A stretch of 64,000 bases of DNA from Haliotis rufescens (taxonomy: Eukaryota): contig NW_025964372.1 in NCBI RefSeq assembly GCF_023055435.1, positions 5,332,001 to 5,396,000 on the forward strand. Direction: 5' to 3'. The notes under the pieces were generated by a model. It was not told the DNA's origin, did no database searches, and worked only from the letters and a program-made list of their open reading frames with translations. A program made the position numbers and the translations under genes. Of the stretch, positions 13,897-25,180 are shown one piece after another; within the stretch, counting starts at the first letter, position 1; each line of letters starts with the position of its first letter.

Positions 13897-15545
13897 GTTT
13901 CTGAATGTCAGAGCAACACTGACAGTCCTTGTTTCTGATTGTCAGAGCAGTACTGACAGTACTTGTTTCTAATCGTCTGTGCAGTACTGACAGTATGTGT
14001 TTCTGATCACCAGAGCAACACGGACAGTACTTGTATCTGAATGTCAGAGCAACACTGACAGTTCTTGTTTCTGAATGTCAGAGCAACACAAACATTACTT
14101 GTTTCTGATTGTCAGAGCAGTACTGACAGTACTTGTTTCTGATCACCAGAGCAACACTGACAGTACTTGTTTCTGATCGCCAGAGCAACACGGACAGTAC
14201 TTGTTTCTGATCGTCAGAGCAACACTGACAGTTCTTGTTTCTGATTGTCAGAGCAGTACTGGCAGTACTTGTTTCTGATCGTCAGAGCAACACTGACAGT
14301 ACTTGTTTCTGATTGTCAGAGCAGTACTGGCAGTACTTGTTTCTGATCGCCAGAGTTACACGGACAGTACTTGTTTCTGATTGTCAGAGCAGTACTGACA
14401 GTATTTGTTTCTAATCGTCTGTGCAGTACTGACAGTATGTGTTTCTGATCACAAGAGCAACACGGACAGTACTTGTATCTGAATGTCAGAGCAACACTGA
14501 CAGTTCTTGTTTCTGAATGTCAGAGCAACACAAACATTACTTGTTTTTGATTGTCAGAGCAGTACTGACAGTACTTGTTTCTGATCACCAGAGCAACACT
14601 GACAGTACTTGTTTCTGATCGCCAGAGCAACACGGACAGTACTTGTTTCTGATTGTCAGAGCAGTACTGGCAGTACTTGTTTCTGATCGCCAGAGCAACA
14701 CTGACAGTTCTTGTTTCTGATCGTCAGAGCAACACGGACAGTACTTGTTTCTGATTGTCAGAGCAGTACTGACAGTACTTGTTTCTGATCGCCAAAGCAA
14801 AACTGACAGTACTTGTTTCTGAATGCCAGAGCAACACGGACAGTTCTTGTTTCTGATCGTAAGAGCAACGCGGACAGTACTTGTTTCTGATTGCCAGAGC
14901 AGTACTGACAGTATTCATTTCTGATCGTCAGAGCAACACTGACAGTTCTTGTTTCTGATTGCCAGAGCAGTACTGACAGTACTTGTTTCTGATCACCAGA
15001 GCAGTACTGACAGTACTTGTTTCTGAATGTCAGAGCAACTCTGACAGTACTTGTTTCTGATCGCCAGAGCAACACGGACAGTACTTGTTTCTGATTGCCA
15101 GAGCAGTACTGACAGTATTCGTTTCTGATCGTCAGAGCAACACTGACAGTTCTTGTTTCTGATTGTCAGAGCAGTACTGACAGTACTTGTTTCTGATCAC
15201 CAGAGCAGTACTGACAGTACTTGTTTCTGAATGTCAGAGCAACTCTGACAGTACTTGTTTCTGATCACAAGAGCAACACGGACAGTACTTGTTTCTGATT
15301 GTCAGAGCAGTACCGGCAGTACTTGTTTCTGATCGTCAGAGCAGTACCGACAGTACTTGTTTCTGATCGTCAGAGCAGTACCGACAGTACTTGTTTCTGA
15401 ATGTCAGAGCAACTCTGACAGTACTTGTTTCTGATCGCCAGAGCAACACGGACAGTTCTTGTTTCTGATTGTCAGAGCAGTACCGACAGTACTTGTTTCT
15501 GATCACCAGATCAGCACTGACAGTATTCGTTTCTGATCGTCAGAC
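13897..15545. repeat. 34-bp minisatellite (~48 units)
   Basis: Unit GTTTCTGATYGTCAGAGCARYACTGACAGTACTT; a rare variant recurs at 442-bp (13-unit) spacing. Confidence 0.96.
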
Positions 15546-16207
15546 CACAATGCGACTACAACGCAATGACTACAACATCGTTGCATGTTATAGATTTCTT
15601 TTTAGAACAAAGTTCGGACATTTATCCTGTATTTAGGTCGCAAATTGTTTTCCGTCTTTCGTTGTCAGACTCTCAGTCATGTTTTTGTTGTTGATGTAGA
15701 CGTAAGTTCCATCGAGTGTCACAATGATGTGATCCCAACATAATGCATCAACGTAGCAACAGAATGCACATCTTAACACTGCAGTGGTTGGCTCGTCCCT
15801 CATTCGACTCAAAGGTGATCTTCTGATTTTAACAACCGGGATCTATTATATCTGATTTCAAAACATCCATGCTTGCCGTAAAAGACGACTATGCTTGTTG
15901 TAAGTGTAGTGCTGAATGCGGCGTAAAACAACAAACAAACAAACCAATCTTCTCTTCAAGGTATTTTTTGTGTGTATGAGCCCACTGTGTTTGGTATCGT
16001 TTTTTAGCATTTCATATTTTCTCTTTTACTTCAAGTTGTATGTGTCTACTGAAATATCTTACAGGGGTACAGAGGGATGCACGGATGCATTGGGTACGAC
16101 TGGATATGTACCTGCCCTTATCTGTAATGCAAACAAGGAATAAAGTTCAAACTTGCGTAACGCTGCAATAAGCAATATTCCAGCTTGATCATGGATGTCT
16201 TGAGTGT

Positions 16208-16444
16208 GTTTGTTGTTGTACGCCGTAATCAGCGGTCCAACTATATGACGGCGGTCTGAAAATAATCGAGTCTGGACCAGACAATCAAGTGATTGACATC
16301 AGGAGCATCGATCTTCGAAATTGGAATACGATGACCAAGTCCTGACCACCCGATCCCGTTAGTTGCCTCTTACGACAAGCATAATCGCCTTTTACGGCAA
16401 GCATGGGTTGCTGAAGACGTTTCCTACCCCGGATCTTCACGGAC
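16208..16444 (-). mobile_element. Family C SINE-like element (double-hairpin subtype)
   Basis: Aligns over its length to the other family C copies; (AAAC)n tail. Confidence 0.85.
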
Positions 16445-16683
16445 CTTAGAGAGATGGAATAATACGCATCAGTCAAAAACGCGTGTGTCCTCCATTGGCA
16501 CGAAAACATGCTATAACTCAACGTCAGAATTCCGATGAAGGCTGTTGGAATCCAGCATCAGTCAGCAACCTTGTGGTGTAGGTGGGGGAACTGGTACAGA
16601 GCTGCAACAGATGCTCCATTTTGACATATCTGAGATCTTGGCGGTCAGGGCAAGACGTTGATTGTTGCTGGTCGTTACCCTCA

Positions 16684-17497
16684 CTGTGTGCATTCTGTGG
16701 TGGCAACTGTGTGCGGTCTGTGGTGGCAACTGTGTGCGGTCTGTGGTGGCAACTGTGTGCGGTCTGTGGTGGCAACTGTGTGCGGTCTGTGATGGCAACT
16801 GTGTGCGGTCTGTGATGGCAACTGTGTGTTGTATGTGTGCGGTCTGTGGTGGCAACTGTGTGCGGTCTGTGGTGGCAACAGTGTGCGGTCTGTGGTGGCA
16901 ACAGTGTGCGGTCTGTGGTGGCAACAGTGTGCGGTCTGTGGTGGCAACTGTGTGCGGTCTGTGATGGCAACTGTGTGCGGCCTGTGGTGGCAACAGTGTG
17001 CGGTCTGTGGTGGCAACTGTGTGCCGTGTGTGGTGGCAACAGTGTGCGGTCTGTGGTGGCAACTGTGTGCGGTCTGTGGTGGCAACTGTGTGCGGTCTGT
17101 GGTGGCAACTGTGTGTGGTATGTGTGCGGTTTGTGTTGGCAACTGTGTGTGGTCTGTGGTGGCAACTGTGTGCGGTCTGTGATGGCAACTGTGTGCGGTC
17201 TGTGCTGGCAACTGTGTGCGGTCTGTGGTAGCAACTGTGTGCGGTCTGTGGTGGCAACTGTGTGCGGTCTGTGGTGGCAAATGTGTGCGGTCTGTGGTGG
17301 CAACTGTGTGCGGTCTGTGGTGGCAACCCCGTGCGGTCTGTGGTGGCAACCGTGTGCGGTCTGTGGTGGCAACTGTGTGCGGTCTGTGGTGGCAACAGTG
17401 CGCGATCTGTGGTGGCAACTGTGTGCGGTCTGTGGTGGCAAGTGTGTGGTCTGTGGTGGCAACAGTGTGTGGTCTGTGGTGGCAACTGTGCGCGGTC
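16684..17497. repeat. 23-bp minisatellite (~35 units)
   Basis: Unit GTGTGCGGTCTGTGGTGGCAACT; source of the many overlapping HTVATTDR/CGLWWQ ORFs. Confidence 0.96.
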
Positions 17498-17799
17498 AAT
17501 GTCACAGCGATTTAGTCCCGTTTACCGATTAGAGATGGCTCTGCATGTGAATTACATTTTTTATCATTTAAAGCAATTTCTTACATATTTTCACAAACGG
17601 TCATGTAGGCCGCGTTTGGTTGAAACATATCAAACTGTACTTTAATATTATGCAGCAGTTGGTTGAAAGTTTGGACATTCTAAAAAATTGGCATCGTTTC
17701 TTTTGCCCGTTAGTTTATTAAGAAAACAGTTACTGTATTTCAGTCTTTGTTTTGTTTATCGTTTCTTTTGTTTGTTTTTTTCTTTCTTTTTGTTGTTTT

Positions 17800-18020
17800 T
17801 TGTTGTTGTTGTTTTTTCATTAAACGTCACGCTCAGAAATATCCCAGCTATATGGCGGTGGTCTGTAAATAATCGAGTCTGGGCTTGACACCATGAGCAT
17901 CGATCCACGCAATTGGGATACGATGACATGCATCAGCCAAGTCAGCGAGCCTGGCCGGCCGATCCCATTTGTCGCCTTTTACGGAAAGCAATGAGTTGTT
18001 GGAGACCTCTTTAACCCTGG
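17800..18020 (-). mobile_element. Family C copy, diverged
   Basis: Same body and tail motifs. Confidence 0.8.
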
Positions 18021-18255
18021 GTCGTATTGTTTATCGAAAGCACCATAAATACCTATTAACATACGGCTTGTACCGTGTGTTTCGCAGCATTAGTGTTTAG
18101 TTCATATGAGTAATCTGACATGATGACGTATCCAAACATCCCATTGTGACGTTTCACTTTTGAACAGTGACCTCCAGCCTGCTGACAGGGAAGTTTTAAT
18201 TTCAGAGCGTGGCTTTTTCGTCAAGACGTGGAAGAAGGTAGTCACCGGTTCCACA

Positions 18256-21200
18256 ATGCCAAGGCACACCCCATCGTTTCTGCTCCTTATTAACACAATG
18301 GCCAGACTGATTTACACGTCAAGCAGCCAGACGGTCATCACTGAGTACGCTATGCGCCAGAACAGCTTCAGCGACAGGCTGCTGTCCCGGTTCCTCATCT
18401 CAAGCTCCACTCAAGGAAGCAAAGTGATGTGCCTACTGCATTGTTTCCGGGATGAGCGCTGCGTCAGCTTCACCTTCAAGAAGGCGAACAGCGGATGTCG
18501 TCTCCACGGGGTATGTTTCTCCAAGCCCAGTGATGCGCCATTATCGCCTGGAACAGAACTGTTCTACCTTTCCAGGGGTGAGTATTAAACGTTCAGTACA
18601 GTAAACTACGGTTATAACGAACACGCTTATAACGAACTGACGGATATAACGAACTTACTTTTTAGTCCCGAATATTTGCTGTAGTTATGCTGTATATATG
18701 CTTATAACGAACTACGGTTATAACGAACTAAAAATAGTAGTCCCTTTGAGTTCGTTATAACCGTAGTTTACTGTAGTTACTTGGAATTGGTACAATTTAT
18801 GTTTGTTTGTTTGTTATTTAACGCCGCACTCAGTAATATTCCAGCTATATGACGGCGGTCTGTAAATAATCGAGTCTGGACAGACAATCCAGTGACTGAC
18901 ATCATAAGCATTGATCCACGCAATTGGGATCGATGACATGCATTAACCAAGTCAGTGAGCATGACCACCCGATCCCGTTAGTCGCCTCCTACGACAAGCA
19001 TGGGTTGCTGAAGACCTGTTCTATCCCGAGTTTCGGGTCAATTAACAGTCCAAGGGAGTGCGAATCGATTGACAGTCCTAGAAAGTGCAAATAACGTCTT
19101 CTGCACAGCACAATTCTGGTGTTGTCATATGGTGTTGCGTTAATTGTATGCTTGTTGTTTAACGCTCCACTCAGCAATATCCCAGCTAAATGATAGTTAT
19201 ATAGATAGTGGAGCCCTGGCCAGACTCTTTGTTCCATATCTGTTCTCGCGGGTTTCATCAAAGGCTTAATTGTCCACGACCTGGATGACGTTTGGCTTTC
19301 CACACCCATCAAATGGACACGCCAACATGTAAGTGATATCCTGTTCGAGTGACCTAAAAGAATACAACATACATAATTCCATAGGAATGCTCCATTTCAA
19401 CTGTCTTCCCGCTTTCAGCCATTGGATACATCGGTTACCCATGTGGTTCCAACACTGACTGTAAAACACCCACTAGTACCTGCAACGCTGGTGTCTGTGA
19501 CTGCGAGATTGGCTACAGCTTCTCTGTCAACGACAGGGGCTGCGTCCGACGTAAGCATCGTCTAAGTTCCGTGTCCTCCATGTGTCAATTTCGAGGGGTG
19601 GGGGTGGTGTGGGGTGGGGGTGGGGGTGATGGTGGGGTGTTTGGGTGTGGTAGTGCCCTTAATTTCTTGTTCAGAAATAGACCTTACCGATGTAAGTTTT
19701 GTGGCAGATAATGTCTTCTTCTTTTTAACAGTCTGAAGTATATTTATTACAAGACAATATATTTTTTGCAAATTACCTACCAACAATTTATGAATCACCA
19801 TCAAATAGATACGATACCGTGTGTTCGCAAAAGGGTGAGCGTAACCTGCCTCACTGGTGCCACCCATCAAAAACACATGCAAAGGCAAATTCATAATTAC
19901 AAATAAAAGTCAAAAATAGGGAGTTGCAACGGACATCAGTTCAGAAATGTCCTCCACATATCTACCACAAAAGAGTTTGAAAGCTTTTCTGAGACCCCAA
20001 TGTTGAAACCTTCATCAAACGACGTTCGAGCAAGAGTCGTATCAATTTCTTTGGCATCATCGTTGAAAGAGCAGGCTTGATTGTACCTCAAAAGTTGTGA
20101 AATGTAGGCATCAAAGCCTGGAGATGCTGGAATATCGACATGAATTACACAATACTGGTGTGTTGAGTTTGTCTTCTATGTCGCTGGTTTCATTGAGAGG
20201 TTGCTCATGAAACTATGTTTGTTCCACCAGTATTGGTTCCCCATCCCTTCATCACTCTTCAAGGTTCTTAAGGTAAACTTGTGTAATTTCGGTGTTCCCA
20301 GTGCTAAAAATTATCTAGAGTGAGTGAGTGAGTTGGGTTTAACGCCGCTTTTAACAGTATTCCAGTTATATCACGGCGTGTCAGCTGGGAGGAAAGCCCT
20401 TAGTGATGCAGGTCTGACGTTTACCACTCCGGTGAAACCCACGAGCACGGGTATGGTGCTGACAAACCTAGAAACATAATCGGGGCGAACCGGGATTCGA
20501 ACCCACAATCATAGGTTTCTGGCGTGCCCAAGGGACGCAGCTCTGCACAGCGAATCGCGGCGCCTTAGACGACTGGGCCACCCGTGCCCCCAAAAATATC
20601 TAGAAGGTATTTCATATCATTGAATTCCAGTGTATGTTTAGATAGATCACAGAAGAGTGTTTCTTTTATAGTTTGACAATTTTCCTTATTTGTTCCTTTA
20701 ACATAGAGATATTTTACTTTATTTTTTTTATAGTTTTCACTTTCTTACTTTTTTTAAAGAAATGATGAGAAAAGATTTGATTTTCCCCTTTGAGAATTAA
20801 TTAATTTCGTTGTAGAATCACTCGTACATGTATTTTCATTGTTAACATCATTCTTGTCTAATATTGTTTCTATGTGTTTACTGATTTAACATAATATATA
20901 TTAAGAACTTAGTGGTGTATTTACTTTCTAGTTACTTGGATTTTGTTATGTACAAAGAGCACTTACAAATGTCACAGTGAGAGGCAAGATTGATGTGTCA
21001 AATGGGACTTGTTTGTTTGTTTGTTTAACGTCGCACTCAGCAATCTTCCAGCAAAATGACGGCGGTATGTAAATAATCGAGTCTTGGCCAGACAATCAAG
21101 TGATTGACAACATGAGCAACGATCTACGTAATTTGGATACGATGACTACATCAACCAAGTCAGCGAGCCTGACCACCCGATCCCGTTCGTCGCCTCTTAC

Positions 21201-22798
21201 AACAAGCACGGGTTGCTGAAAACCAATTCCAACCCGAATCATCACGGGTCCGTTAAATTTGCTTTATCTTGTGAAACAAGAAGTATCAAGTCTTGCCTAT
21301 TGTCTCTGATCGTTTCCTCGCCAAGTTCATGTTCTATCCTGCTGGCTGCTATTTCTCCACATATATTCTAAATCGTGGTTCTCAGCATCTTCTAAACCTG
21401 TCTTACAAGGTTTGGGATTGTTAACATACGAGTACGTGTAATTTTCTCAATCTAATGAAGACGTATGTGACGTGTGGTCAGTTGGTCATCATCCATAATC
21501 GTATGATGTATTTTATCAACATTTTTTCCTTTGTGGTGGCAGTCGAAGGTCTTCCTGGTCGTGGGTCGTCTTCGAGGCTTCCGCTCCCCATTTTAGGCCA
21601 CAGGAGTCTGTATCTAAAAATAGACGCCCTCATGCATATTCATGGTCATGAATATGCATGAGGACGTCTATTTTTAGATACAGACTCCTGTGGTTAGGCT
21701 CAGACCTTTTCAGACACCCCTTGTAGCTACCAGTTTCCTGAATCCTGACAAAGTCTGAGTCACGACACCGGCCAAAAACAAAGACAAGCTTCATGTGAAA
21801 AATAGTGACCGTCCCTCGCATACGTGGCGCCATATATTCAACAGTGCATCAGTTGGAAGTTGGAAGATTACATGTCCGTGATTTTGTATGGTTGTTCAAA
21901 GAGGCACAATGGCCCACAATGGGTTATATAATGTCAGTCTAGGTCTAGGTCTAGACGATGCTATCACAAATTATATCTTCAGATGTAAGATACATTGTGT
22001 GTATATTCCATCACATTGTGTGCGGGAGCACGGATGGCCCAGTCGTGCCGCGATTCGCTGTGCAGAGTTGCGTCCCCTGGACACGCCAGAAACCTGTGAT
22101 TGATTTTCGGTTCGAATCCCGGTTCACCCCGATTATGTTTATAGTTTTGTCAGCACCATACCCGTGCTCGTGGGTTTCACCAAAATGGTAAACGTCTGAG
22201 ACCTGCATCACTTCGGGCTTTCCTCCAAAATCAAGATGACACGCCGTGATATAACTGGAATAATGTTAAAAGCGACGTTAAACCCAACCCACTCACTCAC
22301 TCATATTGTGTGTATATTTCATCACATTTTGTGTATATTCCATCACATTGTGTGTATATTTCATCACAATGTGTGTATATTCCATCACATTGTGTTTATA
22401 TTCCATCGCATTTTGTGTATATTTCATCACATTGTGTGTATATTTCATCACCCCCGATCAAGATGACACGGTTTGATATAAATCAAATACTGTTCAACGC
22501 AGAGTTAATCCCAACTCACTCACTCATTCCAGATTGTTCAAGCTACGGCACCGACTTCACCGCCTACATCGAGCGTGGTCTGCGGGACACCAACACCTTC
22601 CGCGACTGGGGCTACAGCGAGGAGGCGTGTCTGGGTTTGTGTACGTCCGAGTCAGGGTATCTGTGTCTCACCGTGGAGCGGTACCCCGCTGACGGCTTCT
22701 GCACCCTCACGCACGCCACGTGGTTCGACGTCGCCGCCACCGACCGCGACACTGCGGCGTACGGATACGTGATGTATCACAGAAACTGTGCCCTCTGA
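18256..22798 (+). CDS. Probably secreted PAN/Apple - EB/EGF-like - PAN/Apple domain protein, 239 aa; exons 18256-18577, 19419-19550, 22533-22798
   Basis: GT-AG junctions, both phase 1, give one open frame of 720 nt. Exon 1: weakly hydrophobic N-terminus plus CLLHCFRDERCVSFTF..CRLH (PAN). Exon 2: GYPCGSNTDC..STCNAGVCDCEIGY..GC (6-Cys EB/EGF-like). Exon 3: EEACLGLC..YLCLTVE..FCTL..YHRNC (PAN). The start could be the Met at 18256 or a nearby one. Confidence 0.85.
18599..18773. mobile_element. Tc1/mariner-pogo-type MITE (CAGTAAACTACGGTTATAACGAAC TIR, TA TSD)
   Basis: Perfect 24-bp TIRs flanked by TA; sits 21 bp into intron 1 of the PAN gene. Confidence 0.92.
18801..19040 (-). mobile_element. Family C copy
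   Basis: Full body, ends at ...CGGGTC on the + strand. Confidence 0.85.
19800..20135 (-). mobile_element. Penelope-like element fragment (RT C-terminal region and 3' sequence)
   Basis: Minus strand reads IPASPGFDAYISQLLRYNQACS, resembling the PLE motif NIP.SPAYGVYISQLIRYARACS; degraded afterwards. Confidence 0.6.
20320..20591 (-). mobile_element. Family A tRNA-derived SINE, full length
   Basis: A box TGGCCCAGTCG, B box GTTCGAATCC, (ACTC)n tail, TSD AAAA(T)TATCTAGA. Confidence 0.92.
21008..21250 (-). mobile_element. Family C copy
   Basis: Full body starting GACCCGTG on the minus strand. Confidence 0.88.
21597..21694. mobile_element. 98-bp fold-back element (hairpin MITE)
   Basis: 47-bp arms with one mismatch, 2-nt spacer, flanked by TAG on both sides. 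Confidence 0.8.
22023..22303 (+). mobile_element. Family A SINE inserted into a 21-bp minisatellite
   Basis: Family A head, body and tail; CACATTGTGTGTATATTCCAT units lie before (~21992) and after it (22304-22450). Confidence 0.88.
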
Positions 22799-22810
22799 AG
22801 GCTGGAGACA

Positions 22811-23045
22811 GGTGTCGTACAAAACAAACCTAACGCTACGGCTGTCGTAAGTCTATGTCGAGGTATGGGAGTTATGGGAGTAGATCGCCTTCGCGCTGAG
22901 ATCGCTATGTACAATGGCACCTAGTACAGAGTGTCCAGGGTCCACTTGCACAAAGCGATCTTAGCGCTAAGATGATCGTAACTCCCATTCTTTAACATAG
23001 ACTTACGATAGTCTTAGCGCTAAGATCGCTTTGTGCAAGTGGGTC
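22811..23045. mobile_element. Two adjacent palindromic MITEs of one family (old copy 22811-22921, young copy 22938-23045)
   Basis: Young copy has ~31-bp TIRs CCACTTGCACAAAGCGATCTTAGCGCTAAGA; the old copy carries the same interior in reverse orientation. Confidence 0.8.
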
Positions 23046-23277
23046 AGAGGTATTCTGTATGTTGCAGTGCAGTACACTGGATGTCATGAAGAAGTGTTTA
23101 AAATTAGAACGCAGTTGTCAATGTTGAAATTTATTTTTCGTCCTATTTTCTTATGAACTCGCGTGGTCCTGCATTATATGTGAACGCTTTACTTTTAACA
23201 GTTGTGTACACTGATTAACATAAAAGTCCTTAAATTGGATGCCGGATGCTTTGTTTGTTTGGTTGGTTGTGAGTGAG

Positions 23278-23535
23278 TGTTTGTTTGTTTAACGTCACAC
23301 TTACCAATATTCCAGCTATGACGGCCGTCTGTATATAATCAAGTCTGGACCAGACAATCTAGCGATTGACATTATGAGCATCGATCTACGCAATTGGGAT
23401 TGCAATTGCAATTGCATCAACCGAGTCAGCGAGCCTGAACACCCGATCCCGTTAGTCGCCTCTTGCGACCGACATATATAGTTTCCTTTTACAGCAACCT
23501 TGAAGACCTATTCTCTGCACGGATCTTCAGGGGTC
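23278..23535 (-). mobile_element. Family C copy, diverged
   Basis: Body and tail motifs present. Confidence 0.8.
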
Positions 23536-23600
23536 TGTTGGAGGGGTAGGGTGGGGGTGGTGATCGTGTGACCCCTACACCCAGGTCATTCAGGTTTTAT

Positions 23601-23895
23601 CTGACCGCCTCTATGGTCTAGTGGTAGAACGTCCGCCTGGAGAGTGGAAGGTCCTGTCTTCGAGTACGGACTACTGCTTATTTTATAGAGCTAGCCTTCG
23701 GAGATACCATGATCAAGTTGAACATGAATACCCCACTCAAACACAGTATACCGACTCCGAGCCGACCAGTCTTTGGCCCCTTCATGCCAAGCGCCAGACA
23801 GGGTAACAAGAAATACCTTCTTTTAGCGTCTTTTATATGACGCGGCTAGAGACGGAGGCCCGAACCTCTACCCCTAGACCACTAGAGGCGGTCAG
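23601..23895. mobile_element. Inverted pair of family D SINE 5' parts
   Basis: Head GACCGCCTCTATGGTCTAGTGGTAGA on + at 23604; a second copy on - ending at ~23893. Confidence 0.75.
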
Positions 23896-23999
23896 GTAAA
23901 CCAAGCATCATAATGAAACAACCATTGTTGGATTCCGGCACATTTGAGGAACGCATGTATCCCCGAATGACATGGACCACCACAACACTATCCCTCCAA

Positions 24000-24270
24000 G
24001 ACCCGTGAAGATCCGGGGTAGAATAGGTCTTCAGCAACCCATGCTTGGCGTTAAAGGTGACTATGCCTTTGGTAAGAGGCGACTTAGGGATCGGGAGGTC
24101 AGGCTCGCTGACTTGTATGATGCATGTCAGGTATCCCAATTGTGCATATCGATGCGCATCATGTCAATCACTGAATTGTTTACTCAAAACTTATTACTTG
24201 CAGACCGCCATCATAAACCTCGAATATTTGCTGAGTGTGGCGTAAACAACAAATAAACAAAGAAAAAAAA
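24000..24270 (+). mobile_element. Family C copy with TSD
   Basis: Starts GACCCGTGAAGATCCGGGG; TSD CCTCCAA at 23993-23999 and 24271-24277. Confidence 0.9.
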
Positions 24271-24815
24271 CCTCCAACACACATACACACAAAGAGAGAA
24301 TGAAGACTTGGCTATTGATCAACAAAGTTTATTACAAGTGTTATCTAATAGCACTTTAGCAGCAATCACAGAATGCCTTGCATCAAGGTCACGCAACAAT
24401 GCTCCATACATAAATTGATTCCAACAAACACTTAACAACCACATGACCACACCTACAGAATTATCTATATCTCATCAAGTTAAATATATTCTACACTTCA
24501 ACAAGTTACACAGAAACTTGCTATCAGTAACAAAAATCCACCCTAATCTTCCTGGGCTAAAAAAAGCTGGCAAATGTTGTATAATAGCCAAAACATGTTA
24601 CATTTGAGAGTACCTGAAGATTTAGTCAGGACCCTCTTGCATAAAGCTAAACCTCCATAAATTATTATCAAAGTGGGAGTTAGCACTAAGAGTACTTTGT
24701 GAAACTGGGTCCAGATCACTTCACTCTTGTTTAAAGAATAAGCCTGACATTCAATATTGCAATTTTTCAAAGTAAAAAATAACATTTGGTGAATCATGTT
24801 TAGACTGCATTTTCG

Positions 24816-25180
24816 CAATCATATTCCAGACTGTTGTTAGTCAGTGATATTCCAGACTGTTGTTAGTCAATGGTATTCGAGACTGTTGATAGTCAAAATC
24901 ATATTCCAGACTGTTGTTAGTCAATCATAGTCTAGACAGCTGTTAGTCAATCATATTCCAGACTGTTGCTAGTCAATCATATTCCAGACTGATGTTGGTC
25001 AATCATATTCCAGAGATGTTAGTCAATCATATTCTAGACTTGTTAGTCAATCATATTCCAGACTGTTGATAGTCAATCATATTCCAGAATGTTGCTAGTC
25101 AATCATATTCCAGACTGCTCTTGGTCAATCATATTCCAGACTGTTATTAGTCAATCCTATTCAAGAGTGCTGTTAGTCAG
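24816..25180. repeat. 26-bp minisatellite (~14 units)
   Basis: Unit CAATCATATTCCAGACTGTTGTTAGT. Confidence 0.93.

Noticed and set aside
16524-17645. Long His/Thr/Cys-rich ORFs on both strands
   Set aside because: All come from a 23-bp unit that cycles through frames; no splice or homology support.
19224-19327. Possible extra PAN-gene exon ending at GTAAGT (19328)
   Set aside because: Phase-1 entry from the nearby AGs hits stops, and exon 1 joins 19419 cleanly without it.
24000-24075. Assigning the family C 5' end to HDV-like or twister ribozymes
   Set aside because: The CTAA-then-stem motif is suggestive, but I could not place P3/P1.1 (HDV) or the L4/T1/T2 elements (twister); left as unclassified.
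24816-25180. 26-bp array as a fourth SINE-tail derivative
   Set aside because: It shares only ATATTCCAG with the tails, too short to support.
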